From a virus (Duplodnaviria > Heunggongvirae > Uroviricota > Caudoviricetes), in the IMG/VR virus record IMGVR_UViG_2534681940_000028: a stretch of DNA of 46,844 bases. One strand, written 5' to 3'. Both the position numbers and the translations under genes were made by a program. Each line of letters opens with the position of its first letter. Positions within the stretch are counted from its first letter, which is position 1. A model generated the notes under the pieces. That model searched no databases. It worked only from the letters and a program-made list of their open reading frames with translations, and was not told where the DNA came from. Of the stretch, positions 8,071-17,791 are shown one piece after another.

Positions 8071-8547
8071 ATGCAGGTACTAAATTCCCAGCGTAAAGCT
8101 TTCCTTGATATGGTGGCTTGGTCAGAAGGAACGGATAACGGACGACAACCGACACGTAACCACGGTTATGACGTTATTGTCGGTGGTGAACTCTTCACTG
8201 ATTACTCCGATCACCCTCGCAAACTTGTCACGCTAAACCCCAAACTCAAATCAACAGCCGCCGGACGTTACCAGCTTCTTTCACGTTGGTGGGATGCTTA
8301 CCGTAAACAGCTTGGTTTGAAAGACTTCTCCCCCAAAAGCCAGGACGCTGTGGCATTGCAGCAGATTAAAGAACGTGGCGCTTTACCGATGATTGATCGT
8401 GGTGATATTCGTCAGGCTATCGACCGTTGCAGCAATATCTGGGCTTCGTTGCCGGGCGCTGGTTACGGTCAGTTCGAGCATAAGGCTGACAGCCTGATTG
8501 CAAAATTCAAAGAAGCAGGCGGAACGGTCAGAGAGATTGAGGTATGA
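8071..8547 (+). CDS. R: endolysin, lambda R-type lytic transglycosylase
   Basis: 158 aa; sequence is near-identical to phage lambda R as I recall it (RKAFLDM...[11 protein letters not shown]...[22 protein letters not shown]). Confidence 0.9.
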   Translation: MQVLNSQRKAFLDMVAWSEGTDNGRQPTRNHGYDVIVGGELFTDYSDHPRKLVTLNPKLKSTAAGRYQLLSRWWDAYRKQLGLKDFSPKSQDAVALQQIKERGALPMIDRGDIRQAIDRCSNIWASLPGAGYGQFEHKADSLIAKFKEAGGTVREIEV

Positions 8548-9005
8548 GCAGAGTAACCGCGATTATTTCCGCTCTGGTTATCTGCATCATCGTTTGCTTG
8601 TCATGGGCTGTTAATCATTACCGCGATAACGCCATTACCTACAAAGCCCAGCGCGACAAAAATGCCAGAGAACTGAAGCTGGCGAACTCGACAATTACTG
8701 ACATGCAGATGCGTCAGCGTGATGTTGCTGCGCTCGATGCAAAATACACGAAGGAGTTAGCTGATGCGAAAGCTGAAAATGATGCTCTGCGTGATGATGT
8801 TGCCGCTGGTCGTCGTCGGTTGCACATCAAAGCAGTCTGTCAGTCAGTGCGTGAAGCCACCACCGCCTCCGGCGTGGATAATGCAGCCTCCCCCCGACTG
8901 GCAGACACCGCTGAACGGGATTATTTCACCCTCAGAGAGAGGCTGATCACTATGCAAAAACAACTGGAAGGAACCCAGAAGTATATTAATGAGCAGTGCA
9001 GATAG
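8544..9005 (+). CDS. Rz: i-spanin Rz
   Basis: 153 aa, N-terminal TM segment then coiled-coil; overlaps endolysin stop; lambda Rz-like. Confidence 0.85.
   Translation: MSRVTAIISALVICIIVCLSWAVNHYRDNAITYKAQRDKNARELKLANSTITDMQMRQRDVAALDAKYTKELADAKAENDALRDDVAAGRRRLHIKAVCQSVREATTASGVDNAASPRLADTAERDYFTLRERLITMQKQLEGTQKYINEQCR
8764..8946 (+). CDS. Rz1: o-spanin Rz1 (lipoprotein) embedded in Rz in +1 frame
   Basis: 60 aa; lipobox VVVGC; proline-rich [15 protein letters not shown]; nested in Rz. Confidence 0.8.
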   Translation: MRKLKMMLCVMMLPLVVVGCTSKQSVSQCVKPPPPPAWIMQPPPDWQTPLNGIISPSERG

Positions 9006-9036
9006 CGCTGCCCATATCGATGGGCAACTCATGCAA

Positions 9037-9330
9037 TTATTGTGAGCAATACACCCGCGCTTCCAGCGGAGTATAAATGCCTAAAGTAATAAAACCGAGC
9101 AATCCATTTACGAATGTTTGCTGGGTTTCTGTTTTAACCACATTTTCTGCGCCGCCACAAATTTTGGCTGCATCAACAGTTTTCTCCTGTCCAATTCCCG
9201 AAACGAAGAAATGATGGGTGATGGTTTCCTTTGGTGTTACTGCTGTCGGTTTGTTTCCAACAGTAAACGTCTGTTGAGCACATCCTGTAATAAGCATTGC
9301 CAGAGCGGCAGAAAATAACATTTTTTTCAT
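9037..9330 (-). CDS. bor: Bor lipoprotein (serum-resistance protein)
   Basis: 97 aa from ATG 9330; MKKMLFSAALAMLITGCAQQTF lipobox; matches lambda Bor as I recall it; SD AGGA upstream. Confidence 0.85.
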   Translation of the reverse strand: MKKMLFSAALAMLITGCAQQTFTVGNKPTAVTPKETITHHFFVSGIGQEKTVDAAKICGGAENVVKTETQQTFVNGLLGFITLGIYTPLEARVYCSQ

Positions 9331-9510
9331 CTTATTATCCTGCATTGTTAAAAACGGCAGAATCCTATGTGACAACAATTAAACGATAGTTAAATGGATT
9401 GATGAAAATTAAAACTATATAGGTGTACGGTCAGACTATTGGAGGTAGTCAGGATTTGAATGTCAGTCTGTTGTCGGCATTCTGGCAATGCAATTTGGAT
9501 AAAGCGGGGA

Positions 9511-9633
9511 TTAAAAAGATAGAGGCGAGCCGGTCAGGTAGAAATGAATCAGGCTCAAAGTGAAGCGGAAAAGGTCTGTGGCACAAACTGATGCTGCCAT
9601 AATTACAGCCTGATGACTTGTGGAATGAAACAT
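9511..9633 (-). CDS. small hydrophobic peptide (40 aa)
   Basis: Strong SD AAGGAGG then ATG (minus strand, 9633-9631); below ORF-track size cut-off. Confidence 0.25.
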   Translation of the reverse strand: MFHSTSHQAVIMAASVCATDLFRFTLSLIHFYLTGSPLSF

Positions 9634-9855
9634 GTTGAACCTCCTTAATTGATGTGATTCGAGTGAGGAAGGCATTCTGTCCTTCTATAGTGTCCAGTAA
9701 ATCAAACAGGAAGCTTGTCTCACGTGTGAGACAAGCCTCTCCATTAGCGAGTTGTATTGATTACAACTCTTCAAAGAATTCATTACTGGGTAGATGAAAA
9801 TAGTTTCACGACGAATGGAGGAGGCTATGTCGGTAGCTTCTTCATTGGAGTACAT

Positions 9856-10206
9856 ATGCCACCACGAACCCCAAAAGCCTGCCGAGTTCGCGGCTGCCGC
9901 CATACCACGACTGACCCGTCAGGTTATTGCGAAAGCCACAAAAGCGAGGGCTGGAAGCAATACAAGCCAGGCCAGTCCCGACACCAGCGCGGTTATGGTT
10001 CGAAATGGGATGTTATCCGGGGGCGTGTACTAAAGCGTGACAAAGGCCTGTGTCAGTTGTGTTTGCGTGCCGGTGTGGTGCGCGAGGCGAAAACCGTTGA
10101 CCACATCATCCCTAAAGCGCATGGCGGCACTGATGCCGACAGCAATCTGCAGAGCCTGTGCTGGCCGTGTCATAAGGCGAAGACGGCCCGTGAACGGCTG
10201 AAGTAA
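9856..10206 (+). CDS. HNH endonuclease (terminase-associated)
   Basis: 116 aa from ATG 9856; Cys/His-rich with DHIIPKAHGG...N...CWPCH motif; immediately upstream of terminase small subunit. Confidence 0.75.
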   Translation: MPPRTPKACRVRGCRHTTTDPSGYCESHKSEGWKQYKPGQSRHQRGYGSKWDVIRGRVLKRDKGLCQLCLRAGVVREAKTVDHIIPKAHGGTDADSNLQSLCWPCHKAKTARERLK

Positions 10207-10224
10207 GAACCAGTTCCCACTGCC

Positions 10225-10295
10225 AGAGGGGAGGGGCGGGTCAAATCCCTGTGACCTGACGTCTTCCGGACTGCCCGCCCCATCGTTTTTTTATA
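10225..10295. other. candidate cos / packaging-site region
   Basis: GC-rich inverted repeat GGGGCGGG (10233-10240) ... CCCGCCCC (10274-10281) then T-run, between HNH and terS. Confidence 0.3.
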
Positions 10296-10331
10296 CCCGC
10301 GAAAAATGAAATTTAACCAGGAGTGCCGCAT

Positions 10332-10826
10332 ATGGCTGGAACGGCGGGGCGTTCCGGGCGTCGCCCCAAGCCAACGGCGCGCAAGGCGCTGGCCGGAAAC
10401 CCCGGCAAGCGAGCCCTGAACAAAGATGAACCTGTTTTTACGCCCATCAAAGGTGTTGAGCCACCGGAGTGGTTCGCTGAAGAAGATCTCCCTCTCGCCA
10501 CGATCATGTGGCAACTGACAACCAAAGAACTCTGCGGTCAGGGCCTGCTGTGCGTGACTGACCTCGCGGTGCTTGAGCGGTGGTGCGTGGCCTATGAGTT
10601 CTGGCGACGTGCCGTGAAAAATATTGCCAGACAGGGCAACACCATCACCGGTGCAATGGGCGGCATGGTCAAAAATCCGGAGCTGACCGCCAAAAAAGAA
10701 CAGGAGTCCGAGATGAGCAGTACGGGGGCAATGCTCGGACTCGACCCCAGCAGCCGCCAGCGTCTGATTGGCCTGGCGGGGCAGAAGAAAGCCACTAACC
10801 CGTTTCTGAAAATTATCGAATCATGA
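10332..10826 (+). CDS. terminase small subunit (P27 family)
   Basis: N-terminus [14 protein letters not shown] typical of P27-family TerS; AGGAG 8 nt upstream of ATG 10332; GTG 10323 is an alternative start. Confidence 0.8.
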   Translation: MAGTAGRSGRRPKPTARKALAGNPGKRALNKDEPVFTPIKGVEPPEWFAEEDLPLATIMWQLTTKELCGQGLLCVTDLAVLERWCVAYEFWRRAVKNIARQGNTITGAMGGMVKNPELTAKKEQESEMSSTGAMLGLDPSSRQRLIGLAGQKKATNPFLKIIES

Positions 10827-12556
10827 GCCGGAAATCTTACCCCAACGTAAATGCTGCAAATCAGTATGCCCGTGATGTCGTGCGCGGAAAGATTGTGGCC
10901 TGCCAGTTTGTGATTCAGGCCTGCCAGCGCCATCTTGATGACCTGATGGCGGAAAAAAGTAAGTCGTTTCGTTACCGCTTCGACAAGGACCTGGCTGAAC
11001 GGGCCGCGAAATTTATTCAGCTGTTGCCGCACACCAAGGGTGAGTGGGCATTCAAACGGATGCCCATCACGCTGGAGCCGTGGCAGCTCTTTGTGATCTG
11101 CTGCGCGTTTGGCTGGGTCAATAAAGGCTCCCGGCTGCGCCGCTTCCGGGAGGTGTATACCGAAATCCCCCGTAAGAACGGCAAATCGGCAATCTCTGCC
11201 GGTGTCGCCCTGTATTGTTTTGCCTGTGATAACGAGTTCGGCGCGGAAGTGTATTCCGGTGCCACGACGGAGAAACAGGCATGGGAAGTCTTTCGTCCGG
11301 CACGACTGATGTGTAAACGCACACCCATGTTGACGGAAGCGTTCGGGATTGAGGTTAACGCCTCAAACATGAACCGTCCGGAGGATGGTGCGCGGTTTGA
11401 ACCGCTGATCGGTAACCCTGGTGATGGTTCATCACCCCACTGTGCGGTGGTGGATGAATATCACGAGCACGCCACCGATGCGCTTTATACCACGATGCTT
11501 ACCGGGATGGGGGCGCGACGTCAGCCACTGATGTGGGCCATCACCACCGCCGGGTACAACATTGAGGGGCCGTGCTACGACAAGCGGCGGGAAGTTATCG
11601 AGATGCTCAACGGTTCGGTACCCAACGATGAACTGTTCGGGATCATCTATACCGTTGATGAAGGTGACGACTGGATCGACCCGCAGGTGCTGGAAAAAGC
11701 CAATCCAAATATTGGCGTGTCGGTTTATCGCGAATTTTTGTTAAGTCAGCAGCAGCGTGCGAAAAATAACGCCCGTCTGGCAAACGTCTTTAAAACAAAA
11801 CACCTCAATATCTGGGTGTCGGCGCGTTCGGCGTATTTCAACCTGGTGAGCTGGCAGAGCTGCGAGGATAAATCACTGACCCTTGAGCAGTTCGAGGGGC
11901 AGCCGTGCATTCTGGCCTTTGACCTGGCGCGTAAGCTGGATATGAACAGCATGGCGCGACTTTATACCCGCGAGATTGACGGTAAAACGCATTACTACAG
12001 TGTGGCCCCGCGTTTCTGGGTACCGTATGACACGGTGTACAGCGTCGAGAAAAATGAAGATCGCCGGACAGCCGAACGCTTTCAGAAATGGGTGGAAATG
12101 GGCGTTCTGACTGTTACCGCTGGTGCGGAGGTGGATTATCGGTACATCCTCGAGGAGGCCAAAGCGGCGAACAAAATCAGCCCGGTCAGTGAGTCACCCA
12201 TCGACCCCTTCGGGGCGACCGGGCTGTCGCATGACCTTGCTGATGAAGACCTGAACCCCATCACCATCATTCAGAACTACACCAACATGTCCGATCCGAT
12301 GAAAGAGCTGGAAGCGGCGATTGAATCGGGGCGCTTTCATCATGACGGCAATCCCATCATGACCTGGTGTATCGGCAACGTGGTCGGCAAAACCATTCCG
12401 GGTAACGATGATGTGGTGAAGCCTGTCAAGGAGCAGGCGGAAAACAAAATCGATGGTGCGGTTGCGCTGATTATGGCGATCGGTCGGGCAATGCTCAAAG
12501 AACCCGACGATTTCCTCTCATCTCTTGATCCGGACGATGCTCTCTTAATTCTATGA
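10823..12556 (+). CDS. terminase large subunit
   Basis: 577 aa; Walker A-like [13 protein letters not shown]; ATGA overlap with terS stop. Confidence 0.9.
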   Translation: MSRKSYPNVNAANQYARDVVRGKIVACQFVIQACQRHLDDLMAEKSKSFRYRFDKDLAERAAKFIQLLPHTKGEWAFKRMPITLEPWQLFVICCAFGWVNKGSRLRRFREVYTEIPRKNGKSAISAGVALYCFACDNEFGAEVYSGATTEKQAWEVFRPARLMCKRTPMLTEAFGIEVNASNMNRPEDGARFEPLIGNPGDGSSPHCAVVDEYHEHATDALYTTMLTGMGARRQPLMWAITTAGYNIEGPCYDKRREVIEMLNGSVPNDELFGIIYTVDEGDDWIDPQVLEKANPNIGVSVYREFLLSQQQRAKNNARLANVFKTKHLNIWVSARSAYFNLVSWQSCEDKSLTLEQFEGQPCILAFDLARKLDMNSMARLYTREIDGKTHYYSVAPRFWVPYDTVYSVEKNEDRRTAERFQKWVEMGVLTVTAGAEVDYRYILEEAKAANKISPVSESPIDPFGATGLSHDLADEDLNPITIIQNYTNMSDPMKELEAAIESGRFHHDGNPIMTWCIGNVVGKTIPGNDDVVKPVKEQAENKIDGAVALIMAIGRAMLKEPDDFLSSLDPDDALLIL

Positions 12557-12714
12557 AATCACTAATTGCTGATGTTATCGGGCTGGCTGGTTTTGGCCTG
12601 CTTACGTGCGGGTTTTACCTGCAGTTTGGTATGGCTCCGGCTCTGATGCTGTCCGGCGGTTTACTGCTGGTGGGCGCACTGGCTATGGCCAGAAGGGGGA
12701 CGCGTGCTGCTTGA
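12553..12714 (+). CDS. small membrane protein (53 aa)
   Basis: ATG 12553 overlaps terL stop (ATGA); hydrophobic [46 protein letters not shown]. Confidence 0.3.
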   Translation: MKSLIADVIGLAGFGLLTCGFYLQFGMAPALMLSGGLLLVGALAMARRGTRAA

Positions 12715-13930
12715 TGCTCTGTTCAGAAGTAAATCACTGGAGAATCCTTCCACCCCGATAACCGGGGATGCCGTTGATACTGATGGGCTGTTCCGGACAG
12801 ACGTTTATGTCAGTCCTGAAACTGCGATGAAACTGGCTGCGGTGTATTCCTGTATCTATGTCCTGTCTTCCAGCCTTGCCCAGATGCCGTTGCATGTTAT
12901 GCGCAGGCACAATGGGAAGGTTGAGCCCGCACGCGATCATCCGGCGTTTTATCTGGTTCATGATGAGCCCAATACCTGGCAAACCAGTTACAAATGGCGC
13001 GAACTGAAGCAACGTCACATCCTTGGCTGGGGGAATGGGTATACCTGGGTGAAACGTAATCGTCGCGGTGAAGTCATATCCCTGGATTGCTGTATGCCGT
13101 GGGAAACGACGCTGATGAATACTGGTGGCCGATATACCTACGGTTTGTACAACGAATATGGGGCGTTTGCGATCAGCCCCGACGATATGATCCACATCCG
13201 TGCGCTGGGTAATAATCAGAAGATGGGGCTGAGTCCGATTATGCAACATGCCGAAACAATAGGCATGGGGATGAGCGGTCAGAAATACACAGAAAGCTTC
13301 TTCAGCGGTAATGCCCGTCCGGCGGGGATAGTATCCGTTAAAAGCGGACTCAATAAGGACAGCTGGGGCTGGCTTAAAGATCAGTGGCAGAAGGCATCGC
13401 AGGCGTTACGCAGCCAGGAAAACAAAACCATGCTGCTGCCAGCCGATCTGGATTACAAGGCACTGACTGTGTCGCCAGTTGACGCTCAGATCATTGACAT
13501 GATGAAACTGAACCGTTCAATGATTGCCGGTATTTTCAATATTCCTGCGCACATGATTAATGACCTCGAAAAAGCCACCTTCTCCAATATTTCTGCGCAG
13601 GCGATTCAGTTTGTCCGCTACACGATGATGCCGTGGGTAACGAACTGGGAGCAGGAGCTTAACCGTCGCTTGTTTACCCGCGCTGAGTTAGCCGCCGGGT
13701 ATTACGTTAGGTTCAATCTGACGGGGCTTTTACGCGGAACTCCGCAGGAGCGCGCGCAATTCTATCACTTCGCTATTACCGATGGATGGATGAGCCGTAA
13801 TGAAGCCCGCGCATTCGAGGATATGAATCCGGTTGAAGGGCTGGATGAGATGCTGGTAAGCGTGAATGCTGCTAACCCGGCAGGAGATTTTAAGCCCCCA
13901 AAAAATGATGAGGGAAAAACCAATGAATGA
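12704..13930 (+). CDS. portal protein (HK97 family)
   Basis: 408 aa directly after terL; HK97-type portal-like sequence; GTG start assumed. Confidence 0.85.
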   Translation: MLLDALFRSKSLENPSTPITGDAVDTDGLFRTDVYVSPETAMKLAAVYSCIYVLSSSLAQMPLHVMRRHNGKVEPARDHPAFYLVHDEPNTWQTSYKWRELKQRHILGWGNGYTWVKRNRRGEVISLDCCMPWETTLMNTGGRYTYGLYNEYGAFAISPDDMIHIRALGNNQKMGLSPIMQHAETIGMGMSGQKYTESFFSGNARPAGIVSVKSGLNKDSWGWLKDQWQKASQALRSQENKTMLLPADLDYKALTVSPVDAQIIDMMKLNRSMIAGIFNIPAHMINDLEKATFSNISAQAIQFVRYTMMPWVTNWEQELNRRLFTRAELAAGYYVRFNLTGLLRGTPQERAQFYHFAITDGWMSRNEARAFEDMNPVEGLDEMLVSVNAANPAGDFKPPKNDEGKTNE

Positions 13931-14525
13931 CCGTGAAATCCGTTGTTACAGCGGTGAGGTGCGTGCTGAGCGGCATGACGATAACCCTGCGCACATTATC
14001 GGTTATGGATCGGTGTTTGACTGTCGTTCTGAGCTGATATTTGGTTCATTCCGCGAAATCATCCGGCCCGGCGCTTTTGACGATGTGCTTGGTGATGATG
14101 TACGCGCACTGTTTAACCACGATCCTAATTTTATTCTTGGGCGTAGTGCAGCAGGCACGCTGAATCTTTCAGTTGATGAGCGCGGATTGCGCTATGACAT
14201 CCAGGCTCCGGAGACACAGACCATTCGTGATCTGGTGCTGGCCCCGATGCAACGTGGAGATATTAACCAGTCATCTTTTGCTTTCCGTGTCGCCCGTGAC
14301 GGCGAGGAGTGGTATCAGGATGAGGACGGGGTTGTTATTCGCGAGATAACCCGCTTTTCCCGTCTGCTGGATGTCAGTCCTGTGACATATCCTGCCTATC
14401 AGGAGGCTGACTCGGCTGTTCGCTCCATGAAAGCATGGCAGGAGGCGCGCAACAGCGGCGCGCTACAGAAAGCCATTAATCAACGTATGGCGCGTGAACG
14501 CGTCCTGACCCTTCTTAACGCGTAA
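13923..14525 (+). CDS. prohead maturation protease (HK97 family)
   Basis: 200 aa from ATG 13923 (overlaps portal stop); position between portal and capsid. Confidence 0.8.
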   Translation: MNDREIRCYSGEVRAERHDDNPAHIIGYGSVFDCRSELIFGSFREIIRPGAFDDVLGDDVRALFNHDPNFILGRSAAGTLNLSVDERGLRYDIQAPETQTIRDLVLAPMQRGDINQSSFAFRVARDGEEWYQDEDGVVIREITRFSRLLDVSPVTYPAYQEADSAVRSMKAWQEARNSGALQKAINQRMARERVLTLLNA

Positions 14526-14535
14526 AGGAAACATC

Positions 14536-15765
14536 ATGAAACTGCATGAACTGAAACAGAAACGTAATACTATCGCAACTGACATGCGCGCCCTGAATGA
14601 AAAAATTGGTGATAACGCATGGACGGAAGAGCAGCGCACTGAGTGGAACAAAGCAAAATCCGAACTGGAAGCGCTTGATGAACGAATTGCACGCGAAGAA
14701 GAACTGCGTCGTCAGGATCAGGCGTACATTGAAAGCAATGAGGAAGAGCAGCGTCAGAATCTTGATCCGGAAAACAATCCACAACAGGATGAGAAACGAG
14801 CTCAGGTTTTTGATAAGTGGATGCGTCACGGTGCCAGTGAGCTGACATCAGAAGAACGAAAGGCGTTGCGTGAACTTCGTGCCCAGGGCGTAGCTCAGGA
14901 TGAAAAGGGCGGATATACCGTACCAGAAACATTCCTGGCGAAAGTTGTTGAGAAGATGAAATCCTACGGTGGCATCGCCAGTGTGGCGCAGATTCTTACC
15001 ACTTCTGACGGTCGCACTATGGAGTGGGCAACAGCTGATGGTACTTCCGAAGTTGGTGTTCTGCTGGGCGAAAATGAAGAAGCCGGTGAAGAAGACACCG
15101 ATTTCGGTATGGGAAGCCTTGGGGCGCTCAAAATGACATCGAAAATAATTCGTGTGTCTAATGAGTTGCTGCAGGACAGTGCGATCGATATGGAAGCTTA
15201 TCTTGCCCGTCGCATTGCTGAACGTATTGGTCGTGGTGAAGCCCGTTATCTGATTCAGGGAACTGGTGCTGGTACGCCTAAACAACCCAAAGGGCTGGTC
15301 GCATCTGTGACCGGCACAACACAGACTGCCGCGGCAAATACGGTGAAGTGGCAGGAAATTCTGGCTCTGAAACACAGCATTGATCCTGCATATCGTCGCG
15401 GACCGAAATTCCGCCTGGCGTTTAACGATAATACGCTGAAACTGATCAGTGAGATGGAAGACGGTCAGGGACGCCCTTTATGGTTGCCGGATATTGTTGG
15501 TGTGGCACCTGCTTCAGTGTTGAATGTACCGTATGTCATTGATCAGGAAATTGATGATATCGGGGCGGGTAAAAAATTCATGTTCTGTGGTGACTTTGAT
15601 CGCTTCATTATCCGTCGTGTGCGATACATGATTCTTAAACGTCTGGTTGAGCGTTACGCGGAATATGATCAGACCGGTTTTCTGGCCTTCCATCGTTTTG
15701 ACTGTATCCTGGAAGACACCTCTGCCATTAAAGCGCTGGTGGGGAAAGGTAGCGTTGGTGGTTGA
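14536..15765 (+). CDS. major capsid protein (HK97 fold) with N-terminal delta/scaffold domain
   Basis: 409 aa; N-terminal charged coiled-coil region then capsid domain; follows protease. Confidence 0.85.
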   Translation: MKLHELKQKRNTIATDMRALNEKIGDNAWTEEQRTEWNKAKSELEALDERIAREEELRRQDQAYIESNEEEQRQNLDPENNPQQDEKRAQVFDKWMRHGASELTSEERKALRELRAQGVAQDEKGGYTVPETFLAKVVEKMKSYGGIASVAQILTTSDGRTMEWATADGTSEVGVLLGENEEAGEEDTDFGMGSLGALKMTSKIIRVSNELLQDSAIDMEAYLARRIAERIGRGEARYLIQGTGAGTPKQPKGLVASVTGTTQTAAANTVKWQEILALKHSIDPAYRRGPKFRLAFNDNTLKLISEMEDGQGRPLWLPDIVGVAPASVLNVPYVIDQEIDDIGAGKKFMFCGDFDRFIIRRVRYMILKRLVERYAEYDQTGFLAFHRFDCILEDTSAIKALVGKGSVGG

Positions 15766-15788
15766 TTAGTCTTTTTACGTAATACAGC

Positions 15789-15833
15789 ACGCCGCGTAAT
15801 GCGGTTTTTTTGTGCCCGCGTTCTGGCGGGCAC
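15789..15833 (+). terminator. two hairpins downstream of capsid gene (terminator-like, then RBS-proximal stem)
   Basis: CCGC gtaat GCGG + T7 run (15792-15811), then perfect 8-bp stem GTGCCCGC/GCGGGCAC (15812-15833) abutting AGGAGG. Confidence 0.35.
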
Positions 15834-15843
15834 AGGAGGTTTT

Positions 15844-16167
15844 ATGCTGTTAAAAATGGAAGAGATTAAGCTTCAGCTCCGTCTGGATGATGATTTCTCT
15901 GATGAAGATGAGTTGCTTGAACTGCTTGGTAAGGCCGCTCAGAGTCGTACGGAAAACTTCCTTAACCGTAAGTTGTATGCAACCGCAGATGACAGGCCTG
16001 CGGATGATCCTGATGGGCTTGTGATATCTGATGATGTGAAGCTGGCACTTCTGCTACTTGTCAGCCATTTCTACGAAAACCGCTCAACGGTTACAGACGT
16101 TGAGAAAATGGAGTTGCCAATGAGTTTTAACTGGTTGGTTGCTCCTTATCGCCTTATACCACTATGA
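15844..16167 (+). CDS. head-tail connector protein (gp6-like)
   Basis: 107 aa from ATG 15844 with AGGAGG upstream; ORF-track start 15799 is upstream in-frame. Confidence 0.6.
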   Translation: MLLKMEEIKLQLRLDDDFSDEDELLELLGKAAQSRTENFLNRKLYATADDRPADDPDGLVISDDVKLALLLLVSHFYENRSTVTDVEKMELPMSFNWLVAPYRLIPL

Positions 16168-16574
16168 AAATTCGTCAGGCGCAGACCAGCGCAACCTACA
16201 TACTGCCGGACCCCGGCGAACTGAATAAACGCGTCCTGATCCGCCAGCGGGTGGATATGCCCGCGGATAACTTTGGCGTGGAGCCTCAATACCCGGTTGC
16301 GTTCCGGGCATGGGCGAAGGTTATCCAGACCAGTGCCACCACCTGGCAGGAAACCGCGCAGACCGGGGACGCCATCACCCATTACATCACCATTCGCTAC
16401 CGCCGCGGGATCACTGCTGATTATGAGGTGGTCTGTGATGACAGTGTGTACCGGGTGAAACGTCAGCGCGATCTGAACGGGGCGCGGCGCTTTCTGCTGC
16501 TGGAGTGTACGGAACTGGGCGAATTTACGCAGAGTCACGGAGGCAGCAATGGCGACTCCCTTTTTTCACGTTGA
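16164..16574 (+). CDS. head-tail adaptor / head closure protein
   Basis: 136 aa; ATGA overlap with upstream gene; neck-module position. Confidence 0.5.
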   Translation: MKIRQAQTSATYILPDPGELNKRVLIRQRVDMPADNFGVEPQYPVAFRAWAKVIQTSATTWQETAQTGDAITHYITIRYRRGITADYEVVCDDSVYRVKRQRDLNGARRFLLLECTELGEFTQSHGGSNGDSLFSR

Positions 16575-17055
16575 TGTTCAGCAGCCCGCCGAGATGCGCT
16601 TTAACCGCGCCCGTGTCCGGCGGGCGTTTGTCACGATTGGGCAGCGTCATATGCGTGATGCCCGTCGGCTGGTGATGCGCCGTGCGCGGTCGGCACCGGG
16701 TGAAAACCCCGGTTATCAGACCGGACGCCTGGCTCGTTCGATTGGTTACATGGTGCCGAGAGCCAGTAAAAAGCGAGCCGGTTTTATGACACGCATTGCC
16801 CCTAACCAGCGCAACGGGAAGGGGAACCGGATGATCTCTGGTGACTTCTATCCGGCGTTTCTGTTTTTTGGTGTCCGGGGAGGAGCAAAACGTCGTCGTA
16901 GTCATCATCGTGGTGCATCCGGTGGCAGCGGCTGGCGGCTGGCTCCACGTAATAACTTTATGGTGGAAACGCTTGAAAAGAACCGCAGCTGGACACGCTA
17001 TTTTCTGGCGCGAGAATTACGTAAATCACTGAAGCCTGAGCGACGACGCAGATGA
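16549..17055 (+). CDS. neck / virion morphogenesis protein (Mu gp36-like or HK97 gp10-like)
   Basis: 168 aa basic protein; position between head closure and tail genes. Confidence 0.45.
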   Translation: MATPFFHVDVQQPAEMRFNRARVRRAFVTIGQRHMRDARRLVMRRARSAPGENPGYQTGRLARSIGYMVPRASKKRAGFMTRIAPNQRNGKGNRMISGDFYPAFLFFGVRGGAKRRRSHHRGASGGSGWRLAPRNNFMVETLEKNRSWTRYFLARELRKSLKPERRRR

Positions 17056-17612
17056 AACTGACGCCTGTTATTGCTGCGCTGCGTGCCCGCTGCCCGTATT
17101 TTGAAAACCGGGTGGCAGGCGCGGCACAGTTCAAAAATCTGCCGGAGGTCGGAAAGCTGAGACTCCCGGCGGCGTATGTGGTACCGGGTGATGACTCTCC
17201 GGGAGAAAACAAAAGCCAGACCGACTACTGGCAGGAGCTGAAAGAGGGCTTCTCCGTGGTTGTCATACTGAGTAACGGGCGTGATGAGCTCGGTCAGTTT
17301 GCTTCGTATGATGTGGTGGACGATGTCCGGCAGATGCTCTTTAAGGCCTTGCTGGGCTGGAACCCGGAAGCGTGCGGTAACCCGATTACCTATGACGGCG
17401 GCACGCTGCTGGATCTGAATCGTCATGAGCTGATTTATCAGTTCGATTTTTCGGTCATCAGCGAGCTGACTGAAGACGATACCCGCCAGCAGGATGATCT
17501 GAACAGTCTGGATGAACTGCAAACGCTGGCGATTGATGTTGATTATCTCGAGCCCGGTAACGGGCCTGACGGCGATATCGAACATCACACCGAAATAACC
17601 CTTCCTTCCTGA
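17052..17612 (+). CDS. tail completion protein (Mu gp37-like), hypothetical
   Basis: 186 aa acidic protein; position upstream of sheath. Confidence 0.4.
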   Translation: MKLTPVIAALRARCPYFENRVAGAAQFKNLPEVGKLRLPAAYVVPGDDSPGENKSQTDYWQELKEGFSVVVILSNGRDELGQFASYDVVDDVRQMLFKALLGWNPEACGNPITYDGGTLLDLNRHELIYQFDFSVISELTEDDTRQQDDLNSLDELQTLAIDVDYLEPGNGPDGDIEHHTEITLPS

Positions 17613-17620
17613 GGATCCTC

Positions 17621-17791
17621 ATGTTTGTCAAACCTGTTAAAGGGCGGTCAGTGCCTGACCCTGCCCGCGGCGACCTTTTGCCCGCCGAAGGGCGAAATGT
17701 TGACGAGAACAACTACTGGCTGCGCCGTGAAGCAGCGGGTGATATCCGGCGCGTGAATAAAAAGGTGAACACCGATGACGATAAGCTTTAA
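17621..17791 (+). CDS. small phage protein (56 aa) preceding tail sheath
   Basis: ATG 17621, open to TAA 17789-17791; overlaps sheath start; below ORF-track cut-off. Confidence 0.35.
   Translation: MFVKPVKGRSVPDPARGDLLPAEGRNVDENNYWLRREAAGDIRRVNKKVNTDDDKL

Noticed and set aside
16998-17588. 196-aa minus-strand ORF antisense to the tail-completion gene
   Set aside because: Antisense to a syntenic plus-strand gene in a tightly packed same-strand operon; Arg-rich composition typical of antisense artefacts
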